Below are positions 26,021 through 36,799 of a stretch of DNA of 54,215 nucleotides, one piece after another. Each line of letters begins with the position of its first letter. Positions within the stretch are counted from its first letter, which is position 1. Location of the stretch: positions 1 through 54,215 of the forward strand of contig DAHVNA010000008.1 of the NCBI GenBank assembly GCA_027319565.1, in the 5' to 3' direction. The notes below the pieces were generated by a model. The model searched no databases. It was given only the letters and a program-made list of their open reading frames with translations, and was not told where the DNA came from. A program made the translations under genes and the position numbers. The DNA comes from Elusimicrobiota bacterium (GTDB lineage Bacteria > Elusimicrobiota > Elusimicrobia > UBA1565 > UBA9628).

Positions 26021-26102
26021 ATTCAATTAGTTAGAGACAACACTTCATCAGGAAGAACGCAAAACGCCACTCGACAGGAATTCCGGCTCCCGAACGCAAA
26101 AA

Positions 26103-27143
26103 TCAGGAGCGAGATACGGCAAATCTGTGGCGGTGTTCCATTATACGATCAAGTTCTTCCAGGAATTTACCAGTCCCAATAGCGACGCAGCTAAGAGGAT
26201 CGGCCGAGCGATGAACTGGAAGCTCGGTTTCCTGCCGAATCAAGTCCGGAAGGCCTCTCAAGAGTGAGCCGCCTCCCGCAAGCATAATGCCACGATCAAC
26301 CAAATCGGCGGATAACTCCGCAGGCGTTTCTTCTAAAGTGTTTTTGATGACATCCAATATCAGCTGAACGGGATCTAAAAGGGCCTGCCGCACTTCTTCC
26401 GAAGTAATTAAAACTGTCTTAGGCAATCCGTTAGCCTGATCTCTTCCTTTAACCTCCATCGTCTTCTCTTCTTTTAACGGGAAAACCGACCCGATTTGAA
26501 TCTTCACTTCCTCGGCCGTCGACTCCCCAATGAGCAAATTATATTTCCGGCGGAAATGGGCGACAATAGCCTCATCCATTTCGTCTCCGGCGATATCAAG
26601 AGACTTGGAAACGACCAGCCCTCCCAAGGAGATGACCGCCGCCTCCGTCGTCCCGCCACCGATATCGACGATGAAATTTCCCCGTGGCTCGGAAATAGGC
26701 AAATCCGCACCGATGGCGGCGGCCATCGGCTCTTCAATTAAATGGACATCTCGCGCACCCGCCTGCTGAGCCGATTCTTGAACGGCTCTTCTCTCCACTT
26801 CGGTGATCCCCGAAGGAATGCCAATCACGACCCGTGGATGCAAAAGAGAACGTCGGTTGTGAACCTTGCGAATAAAATATTTAATCATCTCCTGGGTCGC
26901 TTCAAAATCGGCGATGACCCCGTTTTTGAGGGGGCGCACCGCGATAATGGAAGCCGGAGTCCGGCCCAACATTTTTTTTGCTTCCGCACCGATGGCCAGC
27001 AAGCGTCGGGTGTCCCGATCGATCGCGACGACCGAGGGCTCTCTTAAAACAATTCCTTGACCCTTGACATAGACCAAGGTATTGGCCGTACCCAGATCAA
27101 TACCCATGTCATTGGAGAAGAGGCGGAAGAAAAAATCAAGCAT
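26103..27143 (-). CDS. mreB: Actin-like rod shape protein MreB
   Basis: [23 protein letters not shown] and LAGGGSLL. Confidence 0.98.
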   Translation of the reverse strand: MLDFFFRLFSNDMGIDLGTANTLVYVKGQGIVLREPSVVAIDRDTRRLLAIGAEAKKMLGRTPASIIAVRPLKNGVIADFEATQEMIKYFIRKVHNRRSLLHPRVVIGIPSGITEVERRAVQESAQQAGARDVHLIEEPMAAAIGADLPISEPRGNFIVDIGGGTTEAAVISLGGLVVSKSLDIAGDEMDEAIVAHFRRKYNLLIGESTAEEVKIQIGSVFPLKEEKTMEVKGRDQANGLPKTVLITSEEVRQALLDPVQLILDVIKNTLEETPAELSADLVDRGIMLAGGGSLLRGLPDLIRQETELPVHRSADPLSCVAIGTGKFLEELDRIMEHRHRFAVSRS

Positions 27144-27152
27144 TAGGATATT

Positions 27153-27497
27153 CTAGGATAAAAGCTCGACTAAACCGCGCTGGGATCCATCGCCTTGTCT
27201 TTGCGCCAGCTTCAAAATCCGAACGTATCCGCCCGGACGAGAAACGTAGCGCTGGGCCAAGGTGTCAAAAAGCTTCTCATAAGCTTTCTTATCTTGGACC
27301 TGCCGGCGAACCATATAATGCTGGCCTTTTTTCGCCGCGGTAATAATGCGTTCGGCAAAAGGCCTTAACTCCTTGGCCTTGGCCAAGGTGGTCTCCACCT
27401 TCTCATGAATGAACAAGCTTGTCGCCATGTTCCGCAACATCGCTCGGCGATGGGAAGAGGTAACGCCCAGCTTCCGCGCTCCCATATTCTTTACCAT
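27153..27497 (-). CDS. rplQ: 50S ribosomal protein L17
   Basis: HRRAMLRNMATSL, TTLAKAKELR and RPGGYVRI. Confidence 0.98.
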   Translation of the reverse strand: MVKNMGARKLGVTSSHRRAMLRNMATSLFIHEKVETTLAKAKELRPFAERIITAAKKGQHYMVRRQVQDKKAYEKLFDTLAQRYVSRPGGYVRILKLAQRQGDGSQRGLVELLS

Positions 27498-27521
27498 AAA
27501 AGTCTCCTCAAAAAAATATTT

Positions 27522-28523
27522 TTAAGAGGCGGATGAAACGGATCCTTCAGGGACATCCATCCCCAAAGACAGACCCATATCTTTCAGCCGCTCTTTAATT
27601 TCATCAAGCGATTTTTGTCCGAAATTCTTAACCGCAAGCAATTCCTCATCCCGCTTTGAAACCAACTCTCCCACTGTTTTAATATGGGCAACTTTCAAGC
27701 AATTGGCCGCGCGAGAAGACAACTCAATCATGTCAACCGATTGGTTCAAGATATCTTTCAATTTCGTCTCGGAAGAACCATCGGCGCCTCCCATCTCGGA
27801 AGCCCCGGAGGCGGCAGCGGCCTCTTCTTCGGGGATGAAGATATTGAGAGATTCCCTCAAAAGCTTGGAGGCCTGAATCAAGGCTTCCGCGGGATTAAGG
27901 GTTGAATCGGTCCATATCTCTAAAATCAGGCGATCGTAATCAGTCACCTGGCCCACGCGCGCATTCTCGACGTCATAGTGAACCTTGGAAACCGGAGAGA
28001 ACAAGGCATCGAGCGGAATGAACCCCGCCGGCCAGTGATTTTGATTTCGCAATTCATCGGCGGTGATATATCCGCGTCCGCGAGAAACCTCAATTTCCAT
28101 CGACAGTTTAGCGCCGGGCTCGAGATGCGCCAAAACTAAATTGCCGTTGACGATTTCCACATTCGCGTTTTTCTGAATTTGAGACGCCACGACCGCCCCT
28201 TCTTTATTGGCTTCCAAATAAAGAATCTCCGGCCCGGAGGAAAACATTTTAAGCCGGAGTTTTTTGAGGTTCAAAAGGATATTCATCACATCCTCTCTGA
28301 CCCCCGGCAGCGTCATGTATTCATGAGGAGCTTTTTCCACTCGGACGGCGGTGACCGCCGCTCCTTCGAGGCTGGAAAGGAGAACGCGCCTAAGCGCATT
28401 TCCAACAGTATGGCCATAGCCTCTTTCATAAGGCTCGGCGACGAATTTCGCGTAACTATCGGACATCGTCCGCTCGTCCACGCTTAATTTTTGCGGAAAT
28501 ATCAGTTCTTTGTAATGGGCCAT
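27522..28523 (-). CDS. rpoA: RNA polymerase alpha subunit
   Basis: EPYERGYGHTVGNALRRVLLSS, plus alpha-CTD LSSRAANCL and NFGQKSL. Confidence 0.98.
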   Translation of the reverse strand: MAHYKELIFPQKLSVDERTMSDSYAKFVAEPYERGYGHTVGNALRRVLLSSLEGAAVTAVRVEKAPHEYMTLPGVREDVMNILLNLKKLRLKMFSSGPEILYLEANKEGAVVASQIQKNANVEIVNGNLVLAHLEPGAKLSMEIEVSRGRGYITADELRNQNHWPAGFIPLDALFSPVSKVHYDVENARVGQVTDYDRLILEIWTDSTLNPAEALIQASKLLRESLNIFIPEEEAAAASGASEMGGADGSSETKLKDILNQSVDMIELSSRAANCLKVAHIKTVGELVSKRDEELLAVKNFGQKSLDEIKERLKDMGLSLGMDVPEGSVSSAS

Positions 28524-28541
28524 ATCATCCTCTCTATAATT

Positions 28542-29165
28542 TTATCTTGAATAGTATTCGACAATCAGCTGCTCGGAAACCGGCAGAGAAATCTCGCTCC
28601 GCTCCGGCAAACGAATCACTTTCGCCGACAAAGCGGCGGGATCAAACTCCATGTAGCTCGGGCGATTATTGAGCCTTTGCGCGGTCTCAAGACTTAGCTT
28701 GACTCCCACGTTCTCTTTGAGTTTTGGGTCTACGACGACGACATCCCCCACGCGACAGCGATAAGAAGGAATGTTGAGCCAGCGGCCATTAACCTTAATA
28801 TGCCCGTGAGAAACAATCTGCCTGGCGGTTTTAAGAGAAGAGGCGATCCCCATTCTCCTAACCACGTTATCGAGCCTCATTTCCAAAAGGGCCAATAATT
28901 CGGCCCCGCTGTTAGCGGCCTTGGAAGCCTGATCCACCCAGCGGCGGAAAGGTTTTTCAGTCATCAAAACAAAACGGCGAAGCTTCTGTTTTTCCCTCAA
29001 GCGCACGGCATATGCCGACATCTTGCCGCGCTGAACGCCGGCCATGCCGGGTTTCGTCGGGCGCTTATCTAAAACGCAGCGCGTATGACACTTATCTCCC
29101 TTTAGAAAAAGCTTGGTTTGCTCCCGACGGCAAAGTTTGCAAACAGGTCCGCTATAATTAGCCAT
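28542..29165 (-). CDS. rpsD: 30S ribosomal protein S4 (Cys-containing type)
   Basis: CKLCRRE...KC...C, LREKQKL, LEMRLDNVV and IVEYYSR. Confidence 0.98.
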   Translation of the reverse strand: MANYSGPVCKLCRREQTKLFLKGDKCHTRCVLDKRPTKPGMAGVQRGKMSAYAVRLREKQKLRRFVLMTEKPFRRWVDQASKAANSGAELLALLEMRLDNVVRRMGIASSLKTARQIVSHGHIKVNGRWLNIPSYRCRVGDVVVVDPKLKENVGVKLSLETAQRLNNRPSYMEFDPAALSAKVIRLPERSEISLPVSEQLIVEYYSR

Positions 29166-29168
29166 GAA

Positions 29169-29585
29169 TCACACCCTCCTCGACTTCGGCGGCCGACAAC
29201 CGTTATGCGGAAGCGGCGAGACATCCTTCAAAGAAAGAATGGTTAGTCCCGCGTTTCCTAAGGCGCGCACGGCGGTTTCTCGTCCCGGCCCCGGTCCTTT
29301 GACAAAAACGACAATCTGCTTGACTCCCAATTCCACGGCTTTTTTAGCCACTTTTCCGGCGGTAACGCCGGCGGCAAAAGGGGTTCCTTTTTTGGTCCCT
29401 TTAAAACCATTGACGCCCGCAGAAGCCCAAGCGAGGACATCGCCCTTATCGTCAGTCAAGGAAACAATCGTATTATTGAACGAACACTGAATGAACACTT
29501 TCGCGAAACTCAAATGTTTCCAGTTTTTTTTCTTCGCCGGGACCGCCGGTTTTGCGCCTTGGGCGCCAGGTTTTTCTTCTGCCAT
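29169..29585 (-). CDS. rpsK: 30S ribosomal protein S11
   Basis: [15 protein letters not shown] and [12 protein letters not shown]. Start set at ATG 29585, after GGAGG. Confidence 0.98.
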   Translation of the reverse strand: MAEEKPGAQGAKPAVPAKKKNWKHLSFAKVFIQCSFNNTIVSLTDDKGDVLAWASAGVNGFKGTKKGTPFAAGVTAGKVAKKAVELGVKQIVVFVKGPGPGRETAVRALGNAGLTILSLKDVSPLPHNGCRPPKSRRV

Positions 29586-29600
29586 AGATTCCTCCAAATT

Positions 29601-30008
29601 TTAAGCTTTAGCCGGAGCTTTCGCTTGAGGCTTTTCAGCCTTCCCCGCTCCCACCGTCTTCCGACGGCCGCGGCGAGTACGCGCATTCGTCCGCGTCCGC
29701 TGTCCGCGCAGAGGAAGGTTTCGGCGATGCCGCTGACCGCGATAAGAGCCGATTTCTTGCAGGCGCCCGACATTAGACTGAATCTCTCGCCGCAATTCTC
29801 CTTCCACTTTGTATTCCTTCACCAACAAATTATTGATGAGTCCGACTTGGTTTTCCGTCAAATCTTTGACGCGAGTCGCCGGATCAACGGCTCCATTTAA
29901 TTTTTCCAGGAGTTGGTTAGCCGTCGTTTTTCCCAATCCATATAAATACCTCAAAGCGACATCCACTCGCTTTCCTTTCGGCAAATCCACACCCGCAACG
30001 CGTGCCAT
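29601..30008 (-). CDS. rpsM: 30S ribosomal protein S13
   Basis: [10 protein letters not shown] and [14 protein letters not shown]. Confidence 0.98.
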   Translation of the reverse strand: MARVAGVDLPKGKRVDVALRYLYGLGKTTANQLLEKLNGAVDPATRVKDLTENQVGLINNLLVKEYKVEGELRREIQSNVGRLQEIGSYRGQRHRRNLPLRGQRTRTNARTRRGRRKTVGAGKAEKPQAKAPAKA

Positions 30009-30024
30009 AAGAATTCTCCTTTAT

Positions 30025-30138
30025 TTATCCCTGTCTCTGTTTATGCTTAGGGTTCGAGCAAAATACGCGAATGGCCCGCCCCCTTTTAATGACTTTGCAC
30101 TTTTGGCAAATCGGCTTAACGCTCGCTCTGACTTTCAT
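30025..30138 (-). CDS. rpmJ: 50S ribosomal protein L36 (not in the ORF track)
   Basis: Manual translation gives [43 protein letters not shown] upstream. Confidence 0.97.
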   Translation of the reverse strand: MKVRASVKPICQKCKVIKRGRAIRVFCSNPKHKQRQG

Positions 30139-30152
30139 CTCAACACCTCTCG

Positions 30153-30395
30153 TTATTCCCTAAAGACAATACGCCCGCGAGTTAAATCGTAAGGCGACAG
30201 CTCGATTTTCACCCGATCTCCAGGCAGAATTTTAATGTAATGCATTCTCATTCGGCCCGAAATATGGGCCAAGACAATTTTTCCCGGAGCGATTTCCACT
30301 CGAAACATCGCATTGGGAAGGGCTTCTAAAATATTTCCTTCGACTTCGATTTTATCGCCCTTCTTTTCTTCCTTTTCGCTATGAACTTTTTTCAT
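30153..30395 (-). CDS. infA: Translation initiation factor IF-1
   Basis: [23 protein letters not shown] and [10 protein letters not shown]. Confidence 0.98.
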   Translation of the reverse strand: MKKVHSEKEEKKGDKIEVEGNILEALPNAMFRVEIAPGKIVLAHISGRMRMHYIKILPGDRVKIELSPYDLTRGRIVFRE

Positions 30396-31174
30396 TGAGT
30401 TAAAATCTCCGGTCCTTTTTCCGTTAAGGCTACCGTATGTTCAAAATGGGCGGACAAACGTCCGTCTTTTGTGACTGCGGTCCATTGATCGTCTAAAACC
30501 TTGACTTCATATCCGCCGGCATTCACCATAGGCTCAATCGCCAAGACCATGCCGGAAACCAGGCGCGTTCCCGTCCCCTTCTTCCCGTAGTTAGGCACCT
30601 GGGGCTCCTCATGAAGGGCCCGCCCGATGCCATGACCAACGAAATCGCGCACGACCGAAAAGCCCGCTTGTTCGCAATAAGACTGAACGGCAAAACCGAT
30701 ATCGCCAAGACGGTTGCCAACTAGCGCCGCCGCGATTCCGCGCCCAAGCGACTCTTCGGTCACCTGAATTAATCGCAAGGCCTCGCCAGAAACATTCCCG
30801 ACAGGGACAGTTACCGCCGCGTCGGCATAGAAGCCGCCAACGACGCAACCAAAATCCAAGCTGACGATATCGCCGTCTACGATTTTTCTCTTCGGCGATG
30901 GAATTCCGTGCACCACCTCGGAGTTAATTGAAACGCAAATCGAAGCGGGAAAGCCCCGGTATCCCAAAAACGCGGGCTGAGCGTTATTTTTCGACAGGTA
31001 ATCCATCGCCAGAACATCAATATCTTTTGTGCTCATTCCCGCGGAAAGACTTTTCCGCAACATCGTCAGAGCCCCGGCAACGACCGCACCGGCCTGGCGC
31101 ATAAGAGATATTTCTTCCTTTGTTTTCATTTCTATTTTTCGAGGAGGCTTCGGCATTAACACAGTAGAACTCAT
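30392..31174 (-). CDS. map: Type I methionine aminopeptidase
   Basis: VVHGIP, GDIVSLD, GHGIG..LHEEP, AIEPM and SAHFEHT. Confidence 0.97.
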   Translation of the reverse strand: MSSTVLMPKPPRKIEMKTKEEISLMRQAGAVVAGALTMLRKSLSAGMSTKDIDVLAMDYLSKNNAQPAFLGYRGFPASICVSINSEVVHGIPSPKRKIVDGDIVSLDFGCVVGGFYADAAVTVPVGNVSGEALRLIQVTEESLGRGIAAALVGNRLGDIGFAVQSYCEQAGFSVVRDFVGHGIGRALHEEPQVPNYGKKGTGTRLVSGMVLAIEPMVNAGGYEVKVLDDQWTAVTKDGRLSAHFEHTVALTEKGPEILTQ

Positions 31175-31821
31175 GATTTGGCAAAAATTGAATCGACAAA
31201 CATAGACAAAGCCACGCTCACTTCTTCGGGCTTGCGGCCGGCATCGACCTCTTTAAAAATAGATTCAGATTGATAATAGGCAATCATGGGACGCGTAATA
31301 TCTTCAAACACCATTAAACGCTTGCGCGCAGTGGTTTCAGAATCGTCTTCGCGCAAAATGACTTCCCCGCCGCAACTCAAGCATTTCCCGCCGGGCGCGG
31401 GCTTGGTTTGGATATTGTAAACTTCTCCGCATTGAGAGCAAACCCTCCGGGAAACAATGCGCTCAAGGGCCAACTCCTGCGAAATTTTAAGCAAAACGAC
31501 TAAATCAATGGACAAATTTTCATGAGCGAGAATCGAAGACAAGGACTGCGCCTGGGTGAGATTTCTGGGAAATCCATCCAACAAATAGCGCCCCTCTTTT
31601 GAGTTAAAGCGCGCCGCCACCATTTCCGTCACTAAATCGTCGGGAACCAATTTCCCCGCCTTGACATATGACTGAGCCTTAATTCCGAGAGGAGTTTTCT
31701 CCGCGATTTCATTGCGGAAAATATCCCCGGTGGCCAAGTGAGTAAGACCATATTTTGAGCTTAGAAATTTGGCCTGCGTGCCTTTTCCGGAGCCGGGAGC
31801 GCCTAGCAAAATGGCGATCAT
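31171..31821 (-). CDS. adk: Adenylate kinase (Zn-LID type)
   Basis: GAPGSGKGTQA, LLDGFPR and LID CSQC...CLSC. Confidence 0.97.
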   Translation of the reverse strand: MIAILLGAPGSGKGTQAKFLSSKYGLTHLATGDIFRNEIAEKTPLGIKAQSYVKAGKLVPDDLVTEMVAARFNSKEGRYLLDGFPRNLTQAQSLSSILAHENLSIDLVVLLKISQELALERIVSRRVCSQCGEVYNIQTKPAPGGKCLSCGGEVILREDDSETTARKRLMVFEDITRPMIAYYQSESIFKEVDAGRKPEEVSVALSMFVDSIFAKS

Positions 31822-33155
31822 GAACTACTCCCCACATTAAACCAGCGCTGCCTTAAGCGGCTCTTTTTTAAAAAACCCTCATAATGGCGCATGATTAACT
31901 GCGCTTCTAATTGTCCCATCGTATCCAAGGCGACTCCCACCACGATTAACAGGGCCGTGCCACCGAAATAAAAAGGAACGTTCAAGCTGGTGCGTAGCCA
32001 GTCCGGGAGAACGGCGATGGCCGCGACAAACAGCGCTCCGCCCAAGGTAATTCTCTCTAAAACCCACTCGATGTATTTCGCCGTCGACTCTCCGGGGCGA
32101 TATCCGGGAATAAATCCGCCCGATTTTCTCATGTTATCGGCCAAATCCGTCGGGTTAAAAGAAACGGAATTGTAAAAATAGCAGAAGAAAATAATGAGAG
32201 CGGCATAGACGAGCTGATAAACCCAGCTCCCGGTTCCCCAGAAATGGAGCATTTTCTGCGCCCAGGTCGCCTTCGGAGCGAAACTTGCCACCGTAATAGG
32301 AACAGCTAACAAAGAGACGGCAAAGATGACCGCAATGACTCCGGATTGATCGACTTTAAGCGGCAAATAACTTTGAGATCCGCCGTACATTTTCCTTCCC
32401 ACCACGCGCTTGGCGTATTGCACCGGAATTTTTCGCTGGGCGGTTTCAACCCAAACGACCAAGACCGTGACGACTAGAATGGCGGCCAAAACCAAGAGAG
32501 CCGGCAAAAGCCCCATCACTTCGGCCTGCACCAAGCGGATCATATTCATCACCGCGCTTGGGATGCGCCCGACAATGCCGGCAAAGATAATGAGAGAAAC
32601 TCCGTTTCCGATGCCGATTTCAGTGACCTGCTCTCCCAGCCACATGACGAAAATCGATCCGGAGGTCAAGGTCAAGACCGTCAAGACATAGAACCCCCAA
32701 GAGGGATTGGAGATAACGGGAATATTTCCGGGAGTTGGCATTTTGGATATCGCCAGAGTCAGACCAAAGGATTGAAAAGTGGCTAGAAACAAAGTCAAAT
32801 AACGCGTATAGGTGTTGAGTTTACGCCGCCCCAGTTCGCCTTCTTTGTAGAGACGATCTAAATGCGGCAAAACGTGGGCCCCTTGCAAAAGGCTCATGAT
32901 AATCGAAGCATTGATATAGGGCATGACTCCCATCGAGAAAATGGAAAATCGTCTCAGCGCCCCGCCGGAGAAAATGTTGATAAATCCAAGCAAGCCGCCG
33001 CGCTGGGAGTTAAAGATGGACTTTAAGGCATCCGCGTTAATTCCGGGAATAGGAATAGCCGCTCCTACCCGGTAAACGGCGATCGCCCCCAAGGTATAGA
33101 GGAGTTTCCGCCTTAAATCCGGAGATTCGACGAGTTCGGTGAGACTTTGAGCCAT
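31818..33155 (-). CDS. secY: Preprotein translocase SecY
   Basis: FSIFSMGVMPYINASII, GIGNGVSLIIF, GFIPGYRPG and FGGTALLIVVGV. Confidence 0.98.
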   Translation of the reverse strand: MAQSLTELVESPDLRRKLLYTLGAIAVYRVGAAIPIPGINADALKSIFNSQRGGLLGFINIFSGGALRRFSIFSMGVMPYINASIIMSLLQGAHVLPHLDRLYKEGELGRRKLNTYTRYLTLFLATFQSFGLTLAISKMPTPGNIPVISNPSWGFYVLTVLTLTSGSIFVMWLGEQVTEIGIGNGVSLIIFAGIVGRIPSAVMNMIRLVQAEVMGLLPALLVLAAILVVTVLVVWVETAQRKIPVQYAKRVVGRKMYGGSQSYLPLKVDQSGVIAVIFAVSLLAVPITVASFAPKATWAQKMLHFWGTGSWVYQLVYAALIIFFCYFYNSVSFNPTDLADNMRKSGGFIPGYRPGESTAKYIEWVLERITLGGALFVAAIAVLPDWLRTSLNVPFYFGGTALLIVVGVALDTMGQLEAQLIMRHYEGFLKKSRLRQRWFNVGSSS

Positions 33156-33607
33156 TACCCGCCTATGACCACAGCGGCCCCGCCCGCTTTCTCGATTTGC
33201 GCGCGAGAAGAGGCGGAAAATGCGTGAACCGATATTTTATACGGGTTTTTAACCGTAGCCTTGCCGCTCAAAACCTTCACGGGAAGTTTGGAAGAAATAA
33301 GACCGTGCATCTTAAGAGATTCCAAAGTAACCTCTTTTTGATTTTTAAAAACGCGTTCGATATCCGCGAGAGAAACGACTTGATAGCGCTTAGTGAAAGG
33401 AGCGTTGCTAAAACCGTATTTCGGCACGCGCCTAAGCAAAGGGGTCTGACCGCCCTCAAAGCCGGACATTTTTCCATCTCCAGAACGGGAGCGCTGTCCT
33501 TTTTGTCCCCGGGTGGCCGTCTGGCCGTGGCCGGAGCCCTCCCCCAAACCGATTCGGGTTCTTTTACGCCGTGATCCAGCGCGCGGAGACAACGAAGTTA
33601 AATTCAT
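33155..33607 (-). CDS. rplO: 50S ribosomal protein L15
   Basis: [11 protein letters not shown] and GFEGGQTPL. Confidence 0.97.
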   Translation of the reverse strand: MNLTSLSPRAGSRRKRTRIGLGEGSGHGQTATRGQKGQRSRSGDGKMSGFEGGQTPLLRRVPKYGFSNAPFTKRYQVVSLADIERVFKNQKEVTLESLKMHGLISSKLPVKVLSGKATVKNPYKISVHAFSASSRAQIEKAGGAAVVIGG

Positions 33608-34185
33608 TTTTCCCTCCCACGCAACTTCATGATTGCTTCTTTAGTTCTCAAAAGACGCAAACATTGCAAAGTCGCGCCAATCATATTAAAGGAATTGGAA
33701 GAACCCAAGCTCTTGGTTAGAATATTTTTAACCCCAGCCGCCTCCAGAACAGATCGGACAGCTCCGCCGGCGATAACGCCGGTTCCCGGCGCCGCGGGCT
33801 TCATCCAAACTTTTCCCGATCCGAATTTGGCAATGACTTCATGGGGAATCGTCCCGTTGACCAAGGGAAACTTAAAAACCTCTTTTTTCGCCTGCATCTG
33901 CCCTTTTTGAATGGAAGATTGAACGTCCTTGGCCTTGCCAAGGCCAAAGCCGACCGTGCCTTCTCCATCTCCCACGACCACTAAAGCGCTAAACGAAAAT
34001 CTCTTTCCGCCCTTGACGACTTTAGCGACGCGATTAATCGCGACGACGTTTTCCACCAACTCTCCGGGAAGTCTCGGCGCGGCGACTCGTTGCCCTCTGG
34101 GAGTTCGAGCGGCGGGAGAAAAATTTTCTCCGGGAGCCGCAGATTTTTTTTCTTGTTTTTCTGGAACAGACGCGGTTTCAGTCAT
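33604..34185 (-). CDS. rpsE: 30S ribosomal protein S5
   Basis: [22 protein letters not shown] and PGTGVIAGG. Confidence 0.98.
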   Translation of the reverse strand: MTETASVPEKQEKKSAAPGENFSPAARTPRGQRVAAPRLPGELVENVVAINRVAKVVKGGKRFSFSALVVVGDGEGTVGFGLGKAKDVQSSIQKGQMQAKKEVFKFPLVNGTIPHEVIAKFGSGKVWMKPAAPGTGVIAGGAVRSVLEAAGVKNILTKSLGSSNSFNMIGATLQCLRLLRTKEAIMKLRGREK

Positions 34186-34195
34186 TCAATCCTCT

Positions 34196-34561
34196 CTAAA
34201 ATTCAAGTCCGCTTGAGCGCGCGGAATCAGCCAAGGCTTTTAGCCGTCCATGATAAACGTGCCCGCCGCGGTCAAAAGCGACCTTTTTAACGCCCGCTTC
34301 CACCGCTTTTTTTGCGATTAACGCCCCGACGGCCTGAGCCGCCTCTTTATTTTTCGCGGATTTCGGAAATTTCTGATGAATCTCCTTGGACAGGGAAGAG
34401 ACCGCCGCGACAGTCACTCCTTTGGAGTCGTCAATGACCTGCGCATAAATATGGCGCAGGCTGCGATGAACGCTCAATCGCGGGCGATCTGAGGCAAACT
34501 GCGCCAGAGCCCTGCGAGTCCTTTCTTTTCTAAAATCAAAACGAATTTTTTTATCCTTCAT
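34196..34561 (-). CDS. rplR: 50S ribosomal protein L18
   Basis: [18 protein letters not shown] and FDRGG..YHGR. Confidence 0.98.
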   Translation of the reverse strand: MKDKKIRFDFRKERTRRALAQFASDRPRLSVHRSLRHIYAQVIDDSKGVTVAAVSSLSKEIHQKFPKSAKNKEAAQAVGALIAKKAVEAGVKKVAFDRGGHVYHGRLKALADSARSSGLEF

Positions 34562-34570
34562 TGCTGTCTC

Positions 34571-35143
34571 CTACTTCTTGGCCCCGCCAGCGGCGCCAGC
34601 TCCTGCCGCCGTTTTTCCGGCCTTTCTGCGAATATGTTCGCCCTGATAGCGAATGCCAGTCCCTTTATAGGGTTCCGGCTCTCTCAAGCCCCGAATCTTG
34701 GCGGCAATTTCTCCCACCAATTCCTTGCTGATACCGCTGACCGTAATCTGAGTTTTCTTGGGGTCAACCGCCAATGTCACTCCTTTTGGAGCTTCAAAAA
34801 CGACGGGGTGAGACTTCCCAATAGCCAAGGTCAACTTCTGGCCCGCGACTTCCGCGCGGAACCCCAATCCGACAATATCTAAAACCTTGCTGAAACCGTT
34901 TGAAACCCCCAGAACCATGTTTTGAATTCTGGCGCGAGACAAGCCGTAAATCGCTGAAACTTCTTTTTCTTTCGACAAGTCGGCGCTCAAAACAACCTGG
35001 CCATCCTTAACTTCAGCGCTGACAAAAGAATGAAGAGGCTCTTTTAATTCGCCCTTAGGCCCTTTGACGGTGACCAAATGATTCGCGATAGAAACCTGAA
35101 CCCCCGAAGGGATTACAACCGGCTGTTTTCCAATTCTGCTCAT
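34571..35143 (-). CDS. rplF: 50S ribosomal protein L6
   Basis: MSRIGKQP and PEPYKGTGIRY. Confidence 0.98.
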   Translation of the reverse strand: MSRIGKQPVVIPSGVQVSIANHLVTVKGPKGELKEPLHSFVSAEVKDGQVVLSADLSKEKEVSAIYGLSRARIQNMVLGVSNGFSKVLDIVGLGFRAEVAGQKLTLAIGKSHPVVFEAPKGVTLAVDPKKTQITVSGISKELVGEIAAKIRGLREPEPYKGTGIRYQGEHIRRKAGKTAAGAGAAGGAKK

Positions 35144-35149
35144 ATAATT

Positions 35150-35548
35150 TTACCAAACTTGGCAGAGAACTTCTCCGCCGATTTTTTTCTCAATCGCCTG
35201 CCTTTCGGTCAGAAAACCCTGCGGAGTCGACAGAATACTGACCGACATTCCATTGGGGTTTCTCATCGGCAACTGGCGATAAGAACGATAAACCCGCAAC
35301 CCAGGCTTGGAAACGCGCTTAAGCCCGCGAATAGCGGCTTCCTTCGTTGGGGAATATTTTAAAAATACCCGCAAAATCCCATATTTAACTCCCGCGGGAT
35401 ACAGAGATTTATAGTTCGCGATAAAGCCCTCGTCTTTTAAAAGTTTGACGATCTCAAACTTAATTTTAGAATAGGGAACATCGACCCGGTCTTTCATCCG
35501 GGAGTTTGCATTACGAATTCCAGTCAGTAGATCAGCAATAGGGTCCAT
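35150..35548 (-). CDS. rpsH: 30S ribosomal protein S8
   Basis: DPIADLLTGIRNA, SKPGLRVY and GGEVLC. Confidence 0.98.
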   Translation of the reverse strand: MDPIADLLTGIRNANSRMKDRVDVPYSKIKFEIVKLLKDEGFIANYKSLYPAGVKYGILRVFLKYSPTKEAAIRGLKRVSKPGLRVYRSYRQLPMRNPNGMSVSILSTPQGFLTERQAIEKKIGGEVLCQVW

Positions 35549-35554
35549 TTTATC

Positions 35555-35740
35555 CTACCATGAAGATTTTTTAACTCCCGGGATTAATCCCCGGTGAGCC
35601 ATGTTTCTCAAACAAATTCGGCATAAGCCGAAATCGCGGTAATACGCCCTTGGGCGACCGCAAATCTGACAACGATTTCTATAGCGCGTGGAAAATTTTT
35701 GAGGTTTTCTTAATTTCGCGACCCAGGCCGTTGTAGCCAT
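35555..35740 (-). CDS. rpsN: 30S ribosomal protein S14 (short Zn-binding type Z)
   Basis: 61 aa, with RCQICGRP...LCRIC. Confidence 0.97.
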   Translation of the reverse strand: MATTAWVAKLRKPQKFSTRYRNRCQICGRPRAYYRDFGLCRICLRNMAHRGLIPGVKKSSW

Positions 35741-35743
35741 CTT

Positions 35744-36472
35744 CTATTTCTCCTTTCCAGCCGCGGCCAAAGCCCCGGTCTTTCCATGCCCGGAATTTTG
35801 AGGTTTCTTGAATGGAAATCCCAAGGCGATTAAAAATTCCAGACCGCGCTCATCTGTCCCCGCGGAGGTGACGATGGTCACGTTCATTCCCTGCTGCCCC
35901 AAAGATCTTTCCATATTGATTTCAGGGAAGATGGTTTGATCTCTAAGACCGAGATTATAATTTCCCCGGCCGTCAAAACCCTTCAACTCCAATCCGCGAA
36001 AATCGCGGATGCGCGGAATCGCGATGGCGATCATCCGATCTAAAAATTCCCACATCCGATCGCCTCTGAGAGTCACGCGCAAGCCAATCGGCATCCCTTC
36101 CCTCAATTTAAAATTTGAGATGGATTTCTTCGATTTGCGAACCTGCGGCCATTGCCCGACCATCATCGCCAATTCTTCCCGAGCGGAATCGAGAGCCTGA
36201 ACGTTTTCCCGCGCGCGAGACACGCCCATGTTGATGACAATCTTAACCAGGCGAGGAATCTGAAAAGGATTTTCAAGTCCCCATTTTTCCATTAATCCGG
36301 GAACCAACTCTTCTTGGTAATATTTTTTCAATCGCGGTTTTGGATGCGGCGTCTCCTTTCCATCCGAAACGACAATGGAAGAAGCGGCAGCGACTGGCTT
36401 TCCGCCGTGAGTCTGCTTAGGCGAACGCGCCGAAACGGGCTTTTCCGTCTTATTTTTCTCTATGGTAGCCAT
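35744..36472 (-). CDS. rplE: 50S ribosomal protein L5 with an N-terminal extension
   Basis: KIVINMGV, NFKLREG, PRIRDFRG and FDGRGNY. Confidence 0.97.
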   Translation of the reverse strand: MATIEKNKTEKPVSARSPKQTHGGKPVAAASSIVVSDGKETPHPKPRLKKYYQEELVPGLMEKWGLENPFQIPRLVKIVINMGVSRARENVQALDSAREELAMMVGQWPQVRKSKKSISNFKLREGMPIGLRVTLRGDRMWEFLDRMIAIAIPRIRDFRGLELKGFDGRGNYNLGLRDQTIFPEINMERSLGQQGMNVTIVTSAGTDERGLEFLIALGFPFKKPQNSGHGKTGALAAAGKEK

Positions 36473-36486
36473 GTTCTATTTCTCAA

Positions 36487-36798
36487 TTATTCAATCTGTT
36501 GTTCGCAACGCCGACAAATTCGGACATTGTCTCCGCTGGGAAGCCGTTCAAGGCCCACGCGGGAGGGCTTTTCACACTTCGGGCACATCAACATGACCTT
36601 GGAATAAGAAATGGGCGCCTCATATTTCTGTATTCCGCCCGGATCGGTCTGCGTCCCTTTTTTGTGTTTTGAAACGATATTGACCTGCGAAACCAAAACC
36701 CTCATTTTATCGGGAAAAACCTTGACGATTTCTCCAATTTTTCCCTTGTCCTTCCCGGACATGACCATCACTTTGTCTTTTTTACGAATTTTAAGCAT
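36487..36798 (-). CDS. rplX: 50S ribosomal protein L24
   Basis: KOW motif KDKVMVMSGKDKGKIG. C-terminal CPKC...CRRC. Confidence 0.97.
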   Translation of the reverse strand: MLKIRKKDKVMVMSGKDKGKIGEIVKVFPDKMRVLVSQVNIVSKHKKGTQTDPGGIQKYEAPISYSKVMLMCPKCEKPSRVGLERLPSGDNVRICRRCEQQIE

Positions 36799-36799
36799 C

